NCBI GenBank assembly: GCA_964432435.1
Contig: CAYSNL010000004.1
Location: forward strand, 1-41,792
Length of the DNA stretch: 41,792 nucleotides
Direction of reading: 5' to 3'
Origin: Candidatus Woesearchaeota archaeon
Lineage (GTDB): Archaea > Nanobdellota > Nanobdellia > SCGC-AAA011-G17 > JACPIM01
The notes below the pieces were generated by a model that was not told where the DNA came from, did no database searches, and saw nothing but the letters and a program-made list of their open reading frames with translations. Shown here piece by piece: positions 17,710-26,152 of this stretch. The translations under genes were made by a program, and so were the position numbers. Every line of letters starts with the position of its first letter. Within the stretch, counting starts at the first letter, position 1.

Positions 17710-18803
17710 TCTTTCTTTTTAATTTCTTGTTTTGTTATTTTTATTTCCCCTTTTTTTGATTCTATTAAAACTTCATCGTCCGGGTTAAATTTACTTATAT
17801 CTGTAACTATCTTAGGCAATTTAATAATCCCTGCTTTAATATCTAAACTTGTAAGAACTTCTTTTTTGTTAGAATGAATTGATTCTATTTCAATTTCTTT
17901 TAATATATTACTCATATGAAGAGACGTCTTTTTATTTTTGAATTCTCTTGTTTTATCGAAAAGAAATTTTGCTATTTCTTTGGCTACATTTTTTTTGGTT
18001 GCTTTTGTAATACCTTCTAGGCCTGGTGAAAGATTAACTTCTATGACTAAGGGTTTGCCATTACTTTCAAGAATATCTACCGCTGCAATATCTGCTCCAA
18101 TTGCCTTTGCCGCTTTTATTGCTACTTGCTCTGTATCATAATCTAATTCAAAATTGATTCCTTCACCGCCCGCATGAATATTTGCTCTCAATTCTAATTT
18201 TGATGCCTTTCTTTTCATCGAAGCAGCTACTTTATCACCTAATACGATGACCCTTATATCTGTTGAGTTTGTTTCAATAAACTCCTGGATCATGTATGGT
18301 TGATGAAAAACATCTAGTGCATCTAACATAGATCTTGCGGAACTAATTGAATCTGCAAACATAACTCCTTTTCCTTGGGTACCTGATGGGATTTTCATTA
18401 TTATTGGATAATTTACTTGTTCCAAAAGCTTTTTTGCTGCATCAACATTGGCTACAAAATAAGTTTGTGGTATCGAAACTTTATTTTTCTGCAACTCTAA
18501 TAATGTTAAAAATTTATTGTGGCCTAATGTAAAAGATGAAGGTTCTAGGGGGAGGTAAATATCTGAATGTAGTGCTCTTGTTAAAGACTGTTGTAATAAG
18601 GCATATTTAAAAGAGCCCCTTATGTAAATACAATCGTACTCTTTTATTGGTTTGCCTTGATATAATACGTCTAACCTTTTTGAATTCGCTCTGACTTCAA
18701 GGTCTTTGATATTTAAATGATCAACCGTATCGAAAAAGCTTTTTGCTTCCTCTAATATCTTTTTGCTACTTTTGCCACCTAAACTTATTAATGCAAAATT
18801 CAT
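17706..18803 (-). CDS. rimK: RimK-family ATP-grasp alpha-L-glutamate ligase with C-terminal AbrB/SpoVT-like domain
   Basis: NKFLT, YPIIMKIPSGTQGKGV, IQEFI, DIRVIVLG, RANIHAGG, AAVDIL and IEVNLSPG motifs. The C-terminal GIIKLPK..FNPDDEVLI..GEIKIT resembles an AbrB swapped hairpin. Confidence 0.88.
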   Translation of the reverse strand: MNFALISLGGKSSKKILEEAKSFFDTVDHLNIKDLEVRANSKRLDVLYQGKPIKEYDCIYIRGSFKYALLQQSLTRALHSDIYLPLEPSSFTLGHNKFLTLLELQKNKVSIPQTYFVANVDAAKKLLEQVNYPIIMKIPSGTQGKGVMFADSISSARSMLDALDVFHQPYMIQEFIETNSTDIRVIVLGDKVAASMKRKASKLELRANIHAGGEGINFELDYDTEQVAIKAAKAIGADIAAVDILESNGKPLVIEVNLSPGLEGITKATKKNVAKEIAKFLFDKTREFKNKKTSLHMSNILKEIEIESIHSNKKEVLTSLDIKAGIIKLPKIVTDISKFNPDDEVLIESKKGEIKITKQEIKKKD

Positions 18804-19126
18804 TTTGATGGATCGATTAAAAAATCGTTATTCTTTAAAGTGTTTTTACCTATTAAGACAGTGTAATTTAGATGATTCCTGTCAATAACATTAAAATCTG
18901 TTATGATCTTTTTGCTTTTTATTTCTAATTCCGCAGTGTATATATTTCTTAATGTAAAACCATGGGATGATTTAGTTTTAACCTTTTTTCCAGTCGGTGT
19001 AAGATTCAATTTTTTGATTAAAGATCTACAGATAGAATTTCTATCCGCACCTGTATCAATTTTAGCATTGACTTCTATACCATTAATTTTAACTTTTTCA
19101 ATTAAACCTAAGATTGTTTTTTCCAT
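18800..19126 (-). CDS. Retropepsin-like aspartyl protease (RimK-associated, RimB/'ATP-dependent Zn protease' family)
   Basis: AKIDTGADRNSI (DTG catalytic motif), DR..LNYTVLIGKN; 4-nt overlap with rimK. Confidence 0.85.
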   Translation of the reverse strand: MEKTILGLIEKVKINGIEVNAKIDTGADRNSICRSLIKKLNLTPTGKKVKTKSSHGFTLRNIYTAELEIKSKKIITDFNVIDRNHLNYTVLIGKNTLKNNDFLIDPSK

Positions 19127-19253
19127 AATTGTTAAGTATTTAAACTGGCAATTATGTTTTTAAAAGTTTCGTGTCCCTTAATATGTGATAAACTTTACAG
19201 TCACAAAAAAATGCATAGAAACAATTATAAATAAAAAAACAAATATTTTGTTT

Positions 19254-20273
19254 ATGGAAGAAGGATTTGAATTAAAAAAACACTCAAATTATTTTTTTGT
19301 TGGTAGTTTTGTTATTATTATACTTGCTTCAATTATTACTGTTTGGCCCTTTCTTGGTGCAATTGTTGGAGCAATAGTACTTACATATATTGTTTATCCC
19401 ATCTATGATCTCATATTGAGATATTTAAAAAATGAAACTATTAGTTCTCTTATCACTTCTCTACTTGTGTTCATCTTAATGTTATTACCTTTTGTATTTT
19501 TGGGGACTTCAATTTTAAATGAAACTACTACTTTTTTTTATAGTGTAAGAACTATAAATTTTGATACATTAGGGCTAGACTATATAAATAGTTATTTTGG
19601 TGGTAATATTGATGTTGGTTCATTTATTAAAGATGCTTTAAATAAACTGTCTACTACTTTAGTGCAAAATGCACATGACTTTATTATTGACATACCAAAA
19701 AAAATATTGGCGTTGTTTGTGCTTTTCTTTTTAATGTTTTATTTATTAAAAGATGGAAAAAGACTAATGAACAATATAAAAGAGGCCTTGCCTTTAAAGA
19801 GAAGATATAAAGAAGATATTGCTAAAAAATTTAATGATACTATATCTGCTACTTTATACGGCGTTGTTTTAACCGGTATAATACAAGGTATAATTGGAAC
19901 AATAGGGCTGTTAATTTTTAAGGTTAATTCACCATTTTTATGGGGTTTTGTAATGATAATATTAGCCATGATTCCTTTAGTAGGGGCGGCTTTTGTTTGG
20001 TTTCCTGCCTCTTTAATAAAGCTTGCCTCTGGGGATATAACTAATGGTATAGGCCTATTGTTATATGGTATTTTAATTGTGAGTACTATTGATAACATTA
20101 TAAGACCTAAATTAATTGGAAGCAAAGGAAAAATTCATCCTGGTTTGGTTTTTTTAGGTGTTTTGGGGGGGTTACAGGTTTTTGGTTTAATGGGCGTTTT
20201 TATCGGTCCTTTGATACTAGCTATATTAACTGTATTTTTTGAGATTTATACAAGTGAAGAATATGAATCTTAG
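19254..20273 (+). CDS. AI-2E family transporter
   Basis: Multi-TM; FYLLKDG, QGIIG, IPLVGA..VW.P, IDNIIRPKLIG, HP..VFLGVLGG and GVFIGPLILA. ATG at 19254 preferred over the track start 19185. Confidence 0.9.
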   Translation: MEEGFELKKHSNYFFVGSFVIIILASIITVWPFLGAIVGAIVLTYIVYPIYDLILRYLKNETISSLITSLLVFILMLLPFVFLGTSILNETTTFFYSVRTINFDTLGLDYINSYFGGNIDVGSFIKDALNKLSTTLVQNAHDFIIDIPKKILALFVLFFLMFYLLKDGKRLMNNIKEALPLKRRYKEDIAKKFNDTISATLYGVVLTGIIQGIIGTIGLLIFKVNSPFLWGFVMIILAMIPLVGAAFVWFPASLIKLASGDITNGIGLLLYGILIVSTIDNIIRPKLIGSKGKIHPGLVFLGVLGGLQVFGLMGVFIGPLILAILTVFFEIYTSEEYES

Positions 20274-21741
20274 AGTTAAAAGGGTGGGCCTTTCTAGTGG
20301 CGGTCCTTTAATAGTAATAATTAATTACTTAGATGCTATAAAAACAGGGTTAAATGCTCTTGATAGAGTTAGAATTTTATACAAGAAAAGAGAAATGGTT
20401 TGTGTTGTTAACATAGCTGCTAATCATAATGTTGGCAGTAGTGAGATTGGATTATTCGATGAAGTAATTGACAGTATAAAGGTAAAGGAAGGGGATTTTG
20501 TTGATGTTGAATATGAAAATAAACCCATATCTATTAGTTATATAAAAGACAAACTTTCAGGAAAAAGATTAAATGAAAAACAGATAAAAGAAATAATAGA
20601 TGATATAGTAAAAAATAAATTAAGTGAGGTGGAAGCTTCTTACTTTATAGCTGGTATTTATGTTCATGGTTTAGATGAAATAGAGACTCTAGCAATGATA
20701 AATTCTATTGCTAGTGAAGGTAAACCAATGAGTTGGGGTAAAAAAATTGTAGTTGATAAACACTCAAGTGGTGGGACGGCTGGGAATAGAACTACAATGA
20801 TAATTGTTCCAATTGTGGCTGCTGCTGGCGTTTGTATTCCAAAGACTAGTTCAAGGGCTATTACTAGCCCAGCTGGTACTGCAGATTCTATGGAAGTCTT
20901 GGCCAATGTTTCTTTTTCAGCAGATGAAATAAAAAAAATTGTAAGTAAAACAAATGGTTGTATAGTTTGGGGTGGTACTTTAGATTTAGCGAGTGCTGAT
21001 GATAAGTTAATAAAAATTGAAAAGACCCTCGGGTTAGATCCGGAAGGCACTTTATTGAGTAGTGTTCTTGCAAAGAAAAAAGCTGTTGGTGCAACACATG
21101 TTTTAATAGATATTCCTTACGGGGATGGCGCAAAGATAGGTAATAAAATTAAAGCTAAAAACCTAAAAAGGAGGTTTATCAAACTTGGAAGGAAATTGGG
21201 TATGAATATAAAAGTGATTTTAACAGACGGAAGTGAACCTATTGGAGATGGAATTGGTCCTAGTTTAGAAGCAATAGATATATTAAAAGTATTAAGATGT
21301 GAGGAAGATGCTCCGCAAGATCTTAAAGATAAAGCAGTTATGATGGCTGGTTTGATATTAAAGATGGCTGGTAAAGGTAATGAAAGAACTGCATTAGAAA
21401 TATTAGAATCTGGTAAAGCTTATTCGAAAATGAAAGAGATCATCGAGGTGCAAGGGGGAAATGAAAATATAAAACCAAGAGATATTAAACTTGGAAGATA
21501 CTCTTATGTTTTTGAATCAAAAAAAACAGGCATAGTAAAAAGAGTTGATAATTTAATGATAAATAAAATAGCAAGATTTTCAGGAGCTCCTGGTGATAAA
21601 TGTGCTGGTATATATTTATTTGTACATAAAGGGGATTATGTAAAAAATGGAGATAAGCTGTTTGCAATCTACTCTGAAGATAGTAACAAATTAAAACATA
21701 GTTTAAACTTATTAAAAGAAGAAGTAATAACTATTGTATAG
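20263..21741 (+). CDS. deoA: AMP phosphorylase (thymidine phosphorylase family)
   Basis: N-terminal double-psi barrel-like region, DKHSSGG..GNRTT, PKTSSRAITSPAGTAD, WGG..LASADD, QGG and GAP.DK.AG motifs. ATG at 20263 overlaps the transporter stop. Confidence 0.95.
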   Translation: MNLRVKRVGLSSGGPLIVIINYLDAIKTGLNALDRVRILYKKREMVCVVNIAANHNVGSSEIGLFDEVIDSIKVKEGDFVDVEYENKPISISYIKDKLSGKRLNEKQIKEIIDDIVKNKLSEVEASYFIAGIYVHGLDEIETLAMINSIASEGKPMSWGKKIVVDKHSSGGTAGNRTTMIIVPIVAAAGVCIPKTSSRAITSPAGTADSMEVLANVSFSADEIKKIVSKTNGCIVWGGTLDLASADDKLIKIEKTLGLDPEGTLLSSVLAKKKAVGATHVLIDIPYGDGAKIGNKIKAKNLKRRFIKLGRKLGMNIKVILTDGSEPIGDGIGPSLEAIDILKVLRCEEDAPQDLKDKAVMMAGLILKMAGKGNERTALEILESGKAYSKMKEIIEVQGGNENIKPRDIKLGRYSYVFESKKTGIVKRVDNLMINKIARFSGAPGDKCAGIYLFVHKGDYVKNGDKLFAIYSEDSNKLKHSLNLLKEEVITIV

Positions 21742-21776
21742 AAAAACTTTTAAACAGAGTATATTAATCAATTTAT

Positions 21777-22301
21777 ATGAAGAAATATTTTCTATTAATC
21801 TTTATATTTTTGTTAGTTAGTACTGTTCTTGCTAATAACAAAATAAAGCTAGATTTGAATTTAGAAAAGGAGATGCTTGTGCCAGTATTAGAAGGAGACA
21901 TGATTGAATTTTATTTGAACAATTCTAGACATGTTATAAACGTTGAGAAAGTTATGCCAGAATCATTAGATTTGGATATCTTTTTATTTGTTGATGAAGA
22001 TCAAAGAGTAAGTTATCTTACTGCTTCTAAAGGTAAAACTATTAAGATTGATGTGAACAAGGATGGAAAGAGTGAATTATATCTAGGATATGCTGGTCAT
22101 TTTAGTAATAAAAGTTTAATATTTTTTTATACTCCTGATAGTGAAAATACTTTAAGTGATATAACTGGGAATGTTATTGCCGAGAATCAAAAAACTGAAG
22201 AAAAAAGTTATAAACTATACTATCTAGGTGGCATATTAATATTAGTTATAGTATTAATATCTATATTATTGTATATAAATACTAGAAAAAAAGAGATATA
22301 G
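21777..22301 (+). CDS. Exported protein with C-terminal membrane anchor, unknown function
   Basis: Signal peptide (..TVLA/NN), beta-rich domain, ITGNVI motif, C-terminal TM followed by RKK. Confidence 0.75.
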   Translation: MKKYFLLIFIFLLVSTVLANNKIKLDLNLEKEMLVPVLEGDMIEFYLNNSRHVINVEKVMPESLDLDIFLFVDEDQRVSYLTASKGKTIKIDVNKDGKSELYLGYAGHFSNKSLIFFYTPDSENTLSDITGNVIAENQKTEEKSYKLYYLGGILILVIVLISILLYINTRKKEI

Positions 22302-22389
22302 TTGTTCGAAAGCTTTATATATTAGCAATTGTTGTTTAAATACAATAATTTATAGATTAATTTTTAACAAGAGGCGAGGTGGAACTCAA

Positions 22390-23934
22390 ATGAATAATAA
22401 ACGTTGGTATATTCTTTTTAGTGTTTTAATTCTTTTAATGGTGATATATGTTTTTGCTGAACAATTACCTGGAAATAGAAATAGTGGTGGTATTGGTTTT
22501 AATTTTACTGTTACCACATATAGAGGTGGTCTAATCAATTGGACTGGTGGTAATGGTGGTCAACAACCAGCTTTAGCAAATAATTCTGAAATAATGGCTG
22601 GAGTGTTAAATCTATCTATAACTCTTGATGTTGCTAATGGTACAACAAATGTTTCTTGGTATATTGCTAATGCGTCTGATGATTCTCAAAAATGGATATT
22701 TATAACTGATTTAAATGTTTCAAATGCAACAGGGTTTATTGGCTATGATTTATCAACAAATCTTGATTTTGCTGCTATAACAAGAGATAACGCAAGAACT
22801 TATAGAATTAGGATAAATGCAACAAACTTATCAACTTATAATGGAAGTCTATACGGATATGGTGGTGCTGGTGGTACAAGTAATGGCAACCAAACGATTA
22901 GGATATTAACTATAAAGATTTATCCAAATCAATTGAATAGAGGGCATAGTAATGGTACTGTTATTCCTAATGGTTATTATAAAAAGGCAGATGGTACTGC
23001 TGTTAATAATATAACTCAATTTGCTAATGTTACTGGAACTGTTAGATTTAATGCTAGTATAGCCGCTGGTAATAATATGACTTCAAACGTAACTTGGTAT
23101 GCAATTAAAGGAGCTACAGAGGTAGTTCTTGGATCAAATCATACGATAGGTGGTACTGACTTGGTATTTGATACAGCTAATGGTTCATTACCTGATGGTT
23201 GGTATAATATAACTTTAGCAGTTACTAATTTAACTAATGGAAGTGGTATTGCAGGAAAAAATTATTTATTTAATATGGCAAATACCAGAAACATAACTAT
23301 CTTAAATATACATATAGATAATATTGCGCCCGCGGTGAGTGTTACAACTAGTGATACAAATAGTGTAGTATACACTAGAGGAGAACAGACTGTTACATGT
23401 GAATATTCAGATCCTACTGGTGGTGCTGGTTTAGTTTCCTCTTCGAGGCAATTAGAATTAGTAAAACCAAATGGTGATGTTATAACTTATACTGATACTG
23501 ATGCGCTAGAACATACATTTAGTGAAACTGATACTGCTTCAACTGGTACATATACAGCCAAATGTAGGGTTACTGATGGGGTAGGCAAAGAAACTGTGGC
23601 AGAAAAAACATTTGATGTATGGGCTAGAGGTGGTGTTTCAAGTGCAACTGCTGCTGGAAAGAAAGCTAAAGCTATAGAAGAAATAGAAGGTGGAGAAGCA
23701 GCTGGAGAAGAGGTTGCACCTACTGGACCAACTGGTGCTGCTGCAGCTGGCGGAGAAGGAGCTGTTCCTAGTGGAGCTGGTACTACCGGTAAAGCCGGCG
23801 CAGGTACAACTGTTGCAGTGATAGTAGGTATAGTAGTAATTGCAGGGGGCATTATTTACTTCCTAGTAAAGGGAAAACCAGGAAAGAAAGGACAAATAAA
23901 ATTCAGTAGAGCTGAATTAATGCCTAAAAGATAA
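22390..23934 (+). CDS. Heavily N-glycosylated cell-surface protein with C-terminal TM anchor
   Basis: Signal peptide; about 25 N-x-S/T sequons in the first ~305 aa; Ig-like ID..AP.V..YT..C.VTD..G domain; Gly/Ala/Thr linker; TM and basic tail. SD GAGGTG upstream. Confidence 0.8.
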   Translation: MNNKRWYILFSVLILLMVIYVFAEQLPGNRNSGGIGFNFTVTTYRGGLINWTGGNGGQQPALANNSEIMAGVLNLSITLDVANGTTNVSWYIANASDDSQKWIFITDLNVSNATGFIGYDLSTNLDFAAITRDNARTYRIRINATNLSTYNGSLYGYGGAGGTSNGNQTIRILTIKIYPNQLNRGHSNGTVIPNGYYKKADGTAVNNITQFANVTGTVRFNASIAAGNNMTSNVTWYAIKGATEVVLGSNHTIGGTDLVFDTANGSLPDGWYNITLAVTNLTNGSGIAGKNYLFNMANTRNITILNIHIDNIAPAVSVTTSDTNSVVYTRGEQTVTCEYSDPTGGAGLVSSSRQLELVKPNGDVITYTDTDALEHTFSETDTASTGTYTAKCRVTDGVGKETVAEKTFDVWARGGVSSATAAGKKAKAIEEIEGGEAAGEEVAPTGPTGAAAAGGEGAVPSGAGTTGKAGAGTTVAVIVGIVVIAGGIIYFLVKGKPGKKGQIKFSRAELMPKR

Positions 23935-23960
23935 ATATTAGTTTATCTTTTTCTTTTTTA
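23926..23960 (+). terminator. Hairpin plus T-tract terminator
   Basis: AAAAGATAAA (23926-35) / TTTATCTTTT (23942-51) forms a 10-bp stem followed by T-runs, at the stop of the 22390 gene. Confidence 0.6.
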
Positions 23961-24004
23961 TTTTAGCGTAATCTTTAAAAAGCTATTACTATTTTTTTAT
24001 TAGT

Positions 24005-24547
24005 ATGCAAGAAAGAATTAAAAAAAGAAGATTAATTTTACCAATATTTATAATTATTATAATGTCTTTTAGTATACTAAGTTTTAGTTTTCTTGATAGA
24101 AATTCTAATGAAAAAACAACTAAATACAAAGATAAAAAATTTACTCTTGTAAACAATTTATGGGTTACTTATATTGATGGAAAAGAGCTAGTATTAGTAA
24201 ATGACCCAAATTCCTTAAATGACATAAATCTTGATGGATATAATTTAAAATATGTTAATAAGGTTTATTTATCCAGGGACCCTGAATATAGCCTAAATAA
24301 TGAACTTGGGATATTAAGGAGTAATTTAAATATAATCTTTGTCGATAGCTGTTTTGAAGATTTGGAAGGATGTAAAGACTTGCCGTTAAAGAAATGTGAA
24401 GATGCTACATATAACATTGGTGTTATTGAAATTATCATAGATGATAAAAATTCTGTTTATAAGAATGGATCTTGTTTAAAAATTAATGGAGATTACAACT
24501 TTATATCTAGAGTAACAGATAAAATAATTTTGAATACATTAATATGA
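24005..24547 (+). CDS. Membrane-anchored hypothetical protein (paralog of the next gene)
   Basis: N-terminal TM; PLKKC..IGVIEI, CLKING and RVTDKII motifs shared with 24544..25167. Confidence 0.7.
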   Translation: MQERIKKRRLILPIFIIIIMSFSILSFSFLDRNSNEKTTKYKDKKFTLVNNLWVTYIDGKELVLVNDPNSLNDINLDGYNLKYVNKVYLSRDPEYSLNNELGILRSNLNIIFVDSCFEDLEGCKDLPLKKCEDATYNIGVIEIIIDDKNSVYKNGSCLKINGDYNFISRVTDKIILNTLI

Positions 24548-25167
24548 AAAAAGCTAATTTGAGACAAATTAATATTTTTTTGATAGTTACAATAGTCTTG
24601 TTAGTTATTGGTGGGATTATTCTATATGCTTATCAAAAAGAAAGATATTCTGATGTATTCTTTAATTATAATGGTTTTGATGTACATAAAGTTCTTGATA
24701 GGGGTTATGTTGTGTATAAGATAAGTTTGGTTTCACTAGTCGACAATAAGCTCTATGCTATAGAAAGTAGATATAACCCAAAAGAATTAGAGAAAATACC
24801 CACTAGATTTAATCTAAACGATATTTATGATAAAAAGGCTTTGTTTATTACGATGGATCCTAATGCAACAGGTGTAAGTGTTTTAGCTGCTACTGAAATT
24901 AGTAAAATTACTGGAAATGGCCTTGTATTTAAGTATCCAAAAGAAACCTTTGGCGCACTAATGGGTCCTGTTGAAGGAAAAAATGTGACTATAATAACTT
25001 GTGATAATGTAAACAAAGATATAGGAGTTATCTCTTTTGAAATTGGGGATAAATCCGAGATTTATTCTAAAAACGGTTGTGTAATTGTTGTAGGTAAAAA
25101 TGAGATGGACTTAGTTCGGGTTGCTGATAGATTAATGCTTATTTTATTAGGTATTATGAAACCCTAA
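24544..25167 (+). CDS. Membrane-anchored hypothetical protein (paralog of the previous gene)
   Basis: N-terminal TM; IITC..IGVISF, GCVIVVG and RVADRL motifs; 4-nt overlap with the upstream gene. Confidence 0.7.
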   Translation: MKKANLRQINIFLIVTIVLLVIGGIILYAYQKERYSDVFFNYNGFDVHKVLDRGYVVYKISLVSLVDNKLYAIESRYNPKELEKIPTRFNLNDIYDKKALFITMDPNATGVSVLAATEISKITGNGLVFKYPKETFGALMGPVEGKNVTIITCDNVNKDIGVISFEIGDKSEIYSKNGCVIVVGKNEMDLVRVADRLMLILLGIMKP

Positions 25168-25199
25168 TACTTATAAATTAGACCATTCTATTGTTTTAT

Positions 25200-25340
25200 A
25201 TGATAGATAATGATATTTTAAAGATAATTGCTTGTCCTAGATGTAAAAATGACCTTATTTTGGATAAAAATATCTTAACTTGTGCTAAATGTGGTAAAGA
25301 ATATAAAATAAAAGGTGGTATACCTATATTATTGGAATGA
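25200..25340 (+). CDS. trm112: Trm112-family zinc-ribbon protein (46 aa, missed by ORF track)
   Basis: Manual translation MIDNDILKIIACPRCKNDLILDKNILTCAKCGKEYKIKGGIPILLE matches the Trm112 pattern (L.I.ACP.CK..L...L.C..C...Y.I..GIP.LL). Confidence 0.85.
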   Translation: MIDNDILKIIACPRCKNDLILDKNILTCAKCGKEYKIKGGIPILLE

Positions 25341-25380
25341 AATTATATCTCTTGGTTATTATATAAATATTTTAGTTAAG

Positions 25381-25390
25381 TTTATATAAA
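25381..25390 (+). promoter_or_regulatory. TATA box of the tRNA-Ser gene
   Basis: TTTATATAAA about 30 nt upstream of tRNA G1 (25417). Confidence 0.65.
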
Positions 25391-25416
25391 TACAAAAAAT
25401 AATTATTTTTAGATAT

Positions 25417-25578
25417 GCCGCGATCGCATAACCTGGTACAACCCTTTTTATAAAAAAGCGTTGATGAAAAAAAGTGTTGCAGGAGATTGCACAGGCCTTG
25501 AGAGCCTGGCCCTTCTTGGGCATCCCGGTTCAAAGAGCCTTTCTTGAAAAGAAGACTATGAAAATCCGGGTCGCGGCG
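25417..25578 (+). tRNA. trnS: tRNA-Ser(UGA) with two non-canonical BHB introns (20/21: 25438-25485; 59/60: 25535-25564)
   Basis: Acceptor stem GCCGCGA/TCGCGGC plus G73; anticodon stem CAGGC/GCCTG with TGA at 25499-25501; long variable arm GCCC-TTCTT-GGGC; T stem CCCGG/CCGGG. Removing both introns gives an 84-nt type II tRNA. CCA is not encoded. Confidence 0.93.
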
Positions 25579-25674
25579 ATATTAGCTTTTTAGAACTACT
25601 TTTGGTAATAGTATGTGATATACTATCATATAGTGATTATAAACGTTTAAATATGTAAAAAATAAAATATTGTT

Positions 25675-25977
25675 GTGGAAACATCTAAAATTATATTGGT
25701 TGTTATTAGCATTATTTTTATCCTTTCTTTATTTTCAAATGTTTTTGGTAAAAAAACTAATAATGTAGAAGTTGGGGCATATGTTGCTAATGTGGATGCC
25801 GGTGGTTGTTGGAAAGCTCCTGCTAACCCTTTTGTTACCCCTATGGACTGCTTTGATGCAAATGTTATCTCATATCGAGAGTGTATTGATTGTTGTGGAG
25901 AGAGGGAAGGTTGTAAGCAAGGATGTTGGAATAAAAGAATAGGATCAGATCATATTTGTTTTAGACTGTTAAGGTAA
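25675..25977 (+). CDS. Small secreted or membrane-anchored Cys-rich protein (8 Cys)
   Basis: GTG start, N-terminal hydrophobic helix, and a C-terminal ~58 aa with 8 Cys including CIDCC..C..GC. Confidence 0.65.
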   Translation: METSKIILVVISIIFILSLFSNVFGKKTNNVEVGAYVANVDAGGCWKAPANPFVTPMDCFDANVISYRECIDCCGEREGCKQGCWNKRIGSDHICFRLLR

Positions 25978-26152
25978 AATTGTATTTCGAACATCTTTTA
26001 TTAATATGAAATTATTTAATATTGCTTCTTAAGAAACTGTTATAACTATGGAAGATACTAGTTTAAGCATATTTTTTGCTGTTTTATAAATAAATTACCT
26101 ATACCGAAGCACAATAAAAATTAAAAAGCTAGAAAGTAGTAATTTTACTAAA

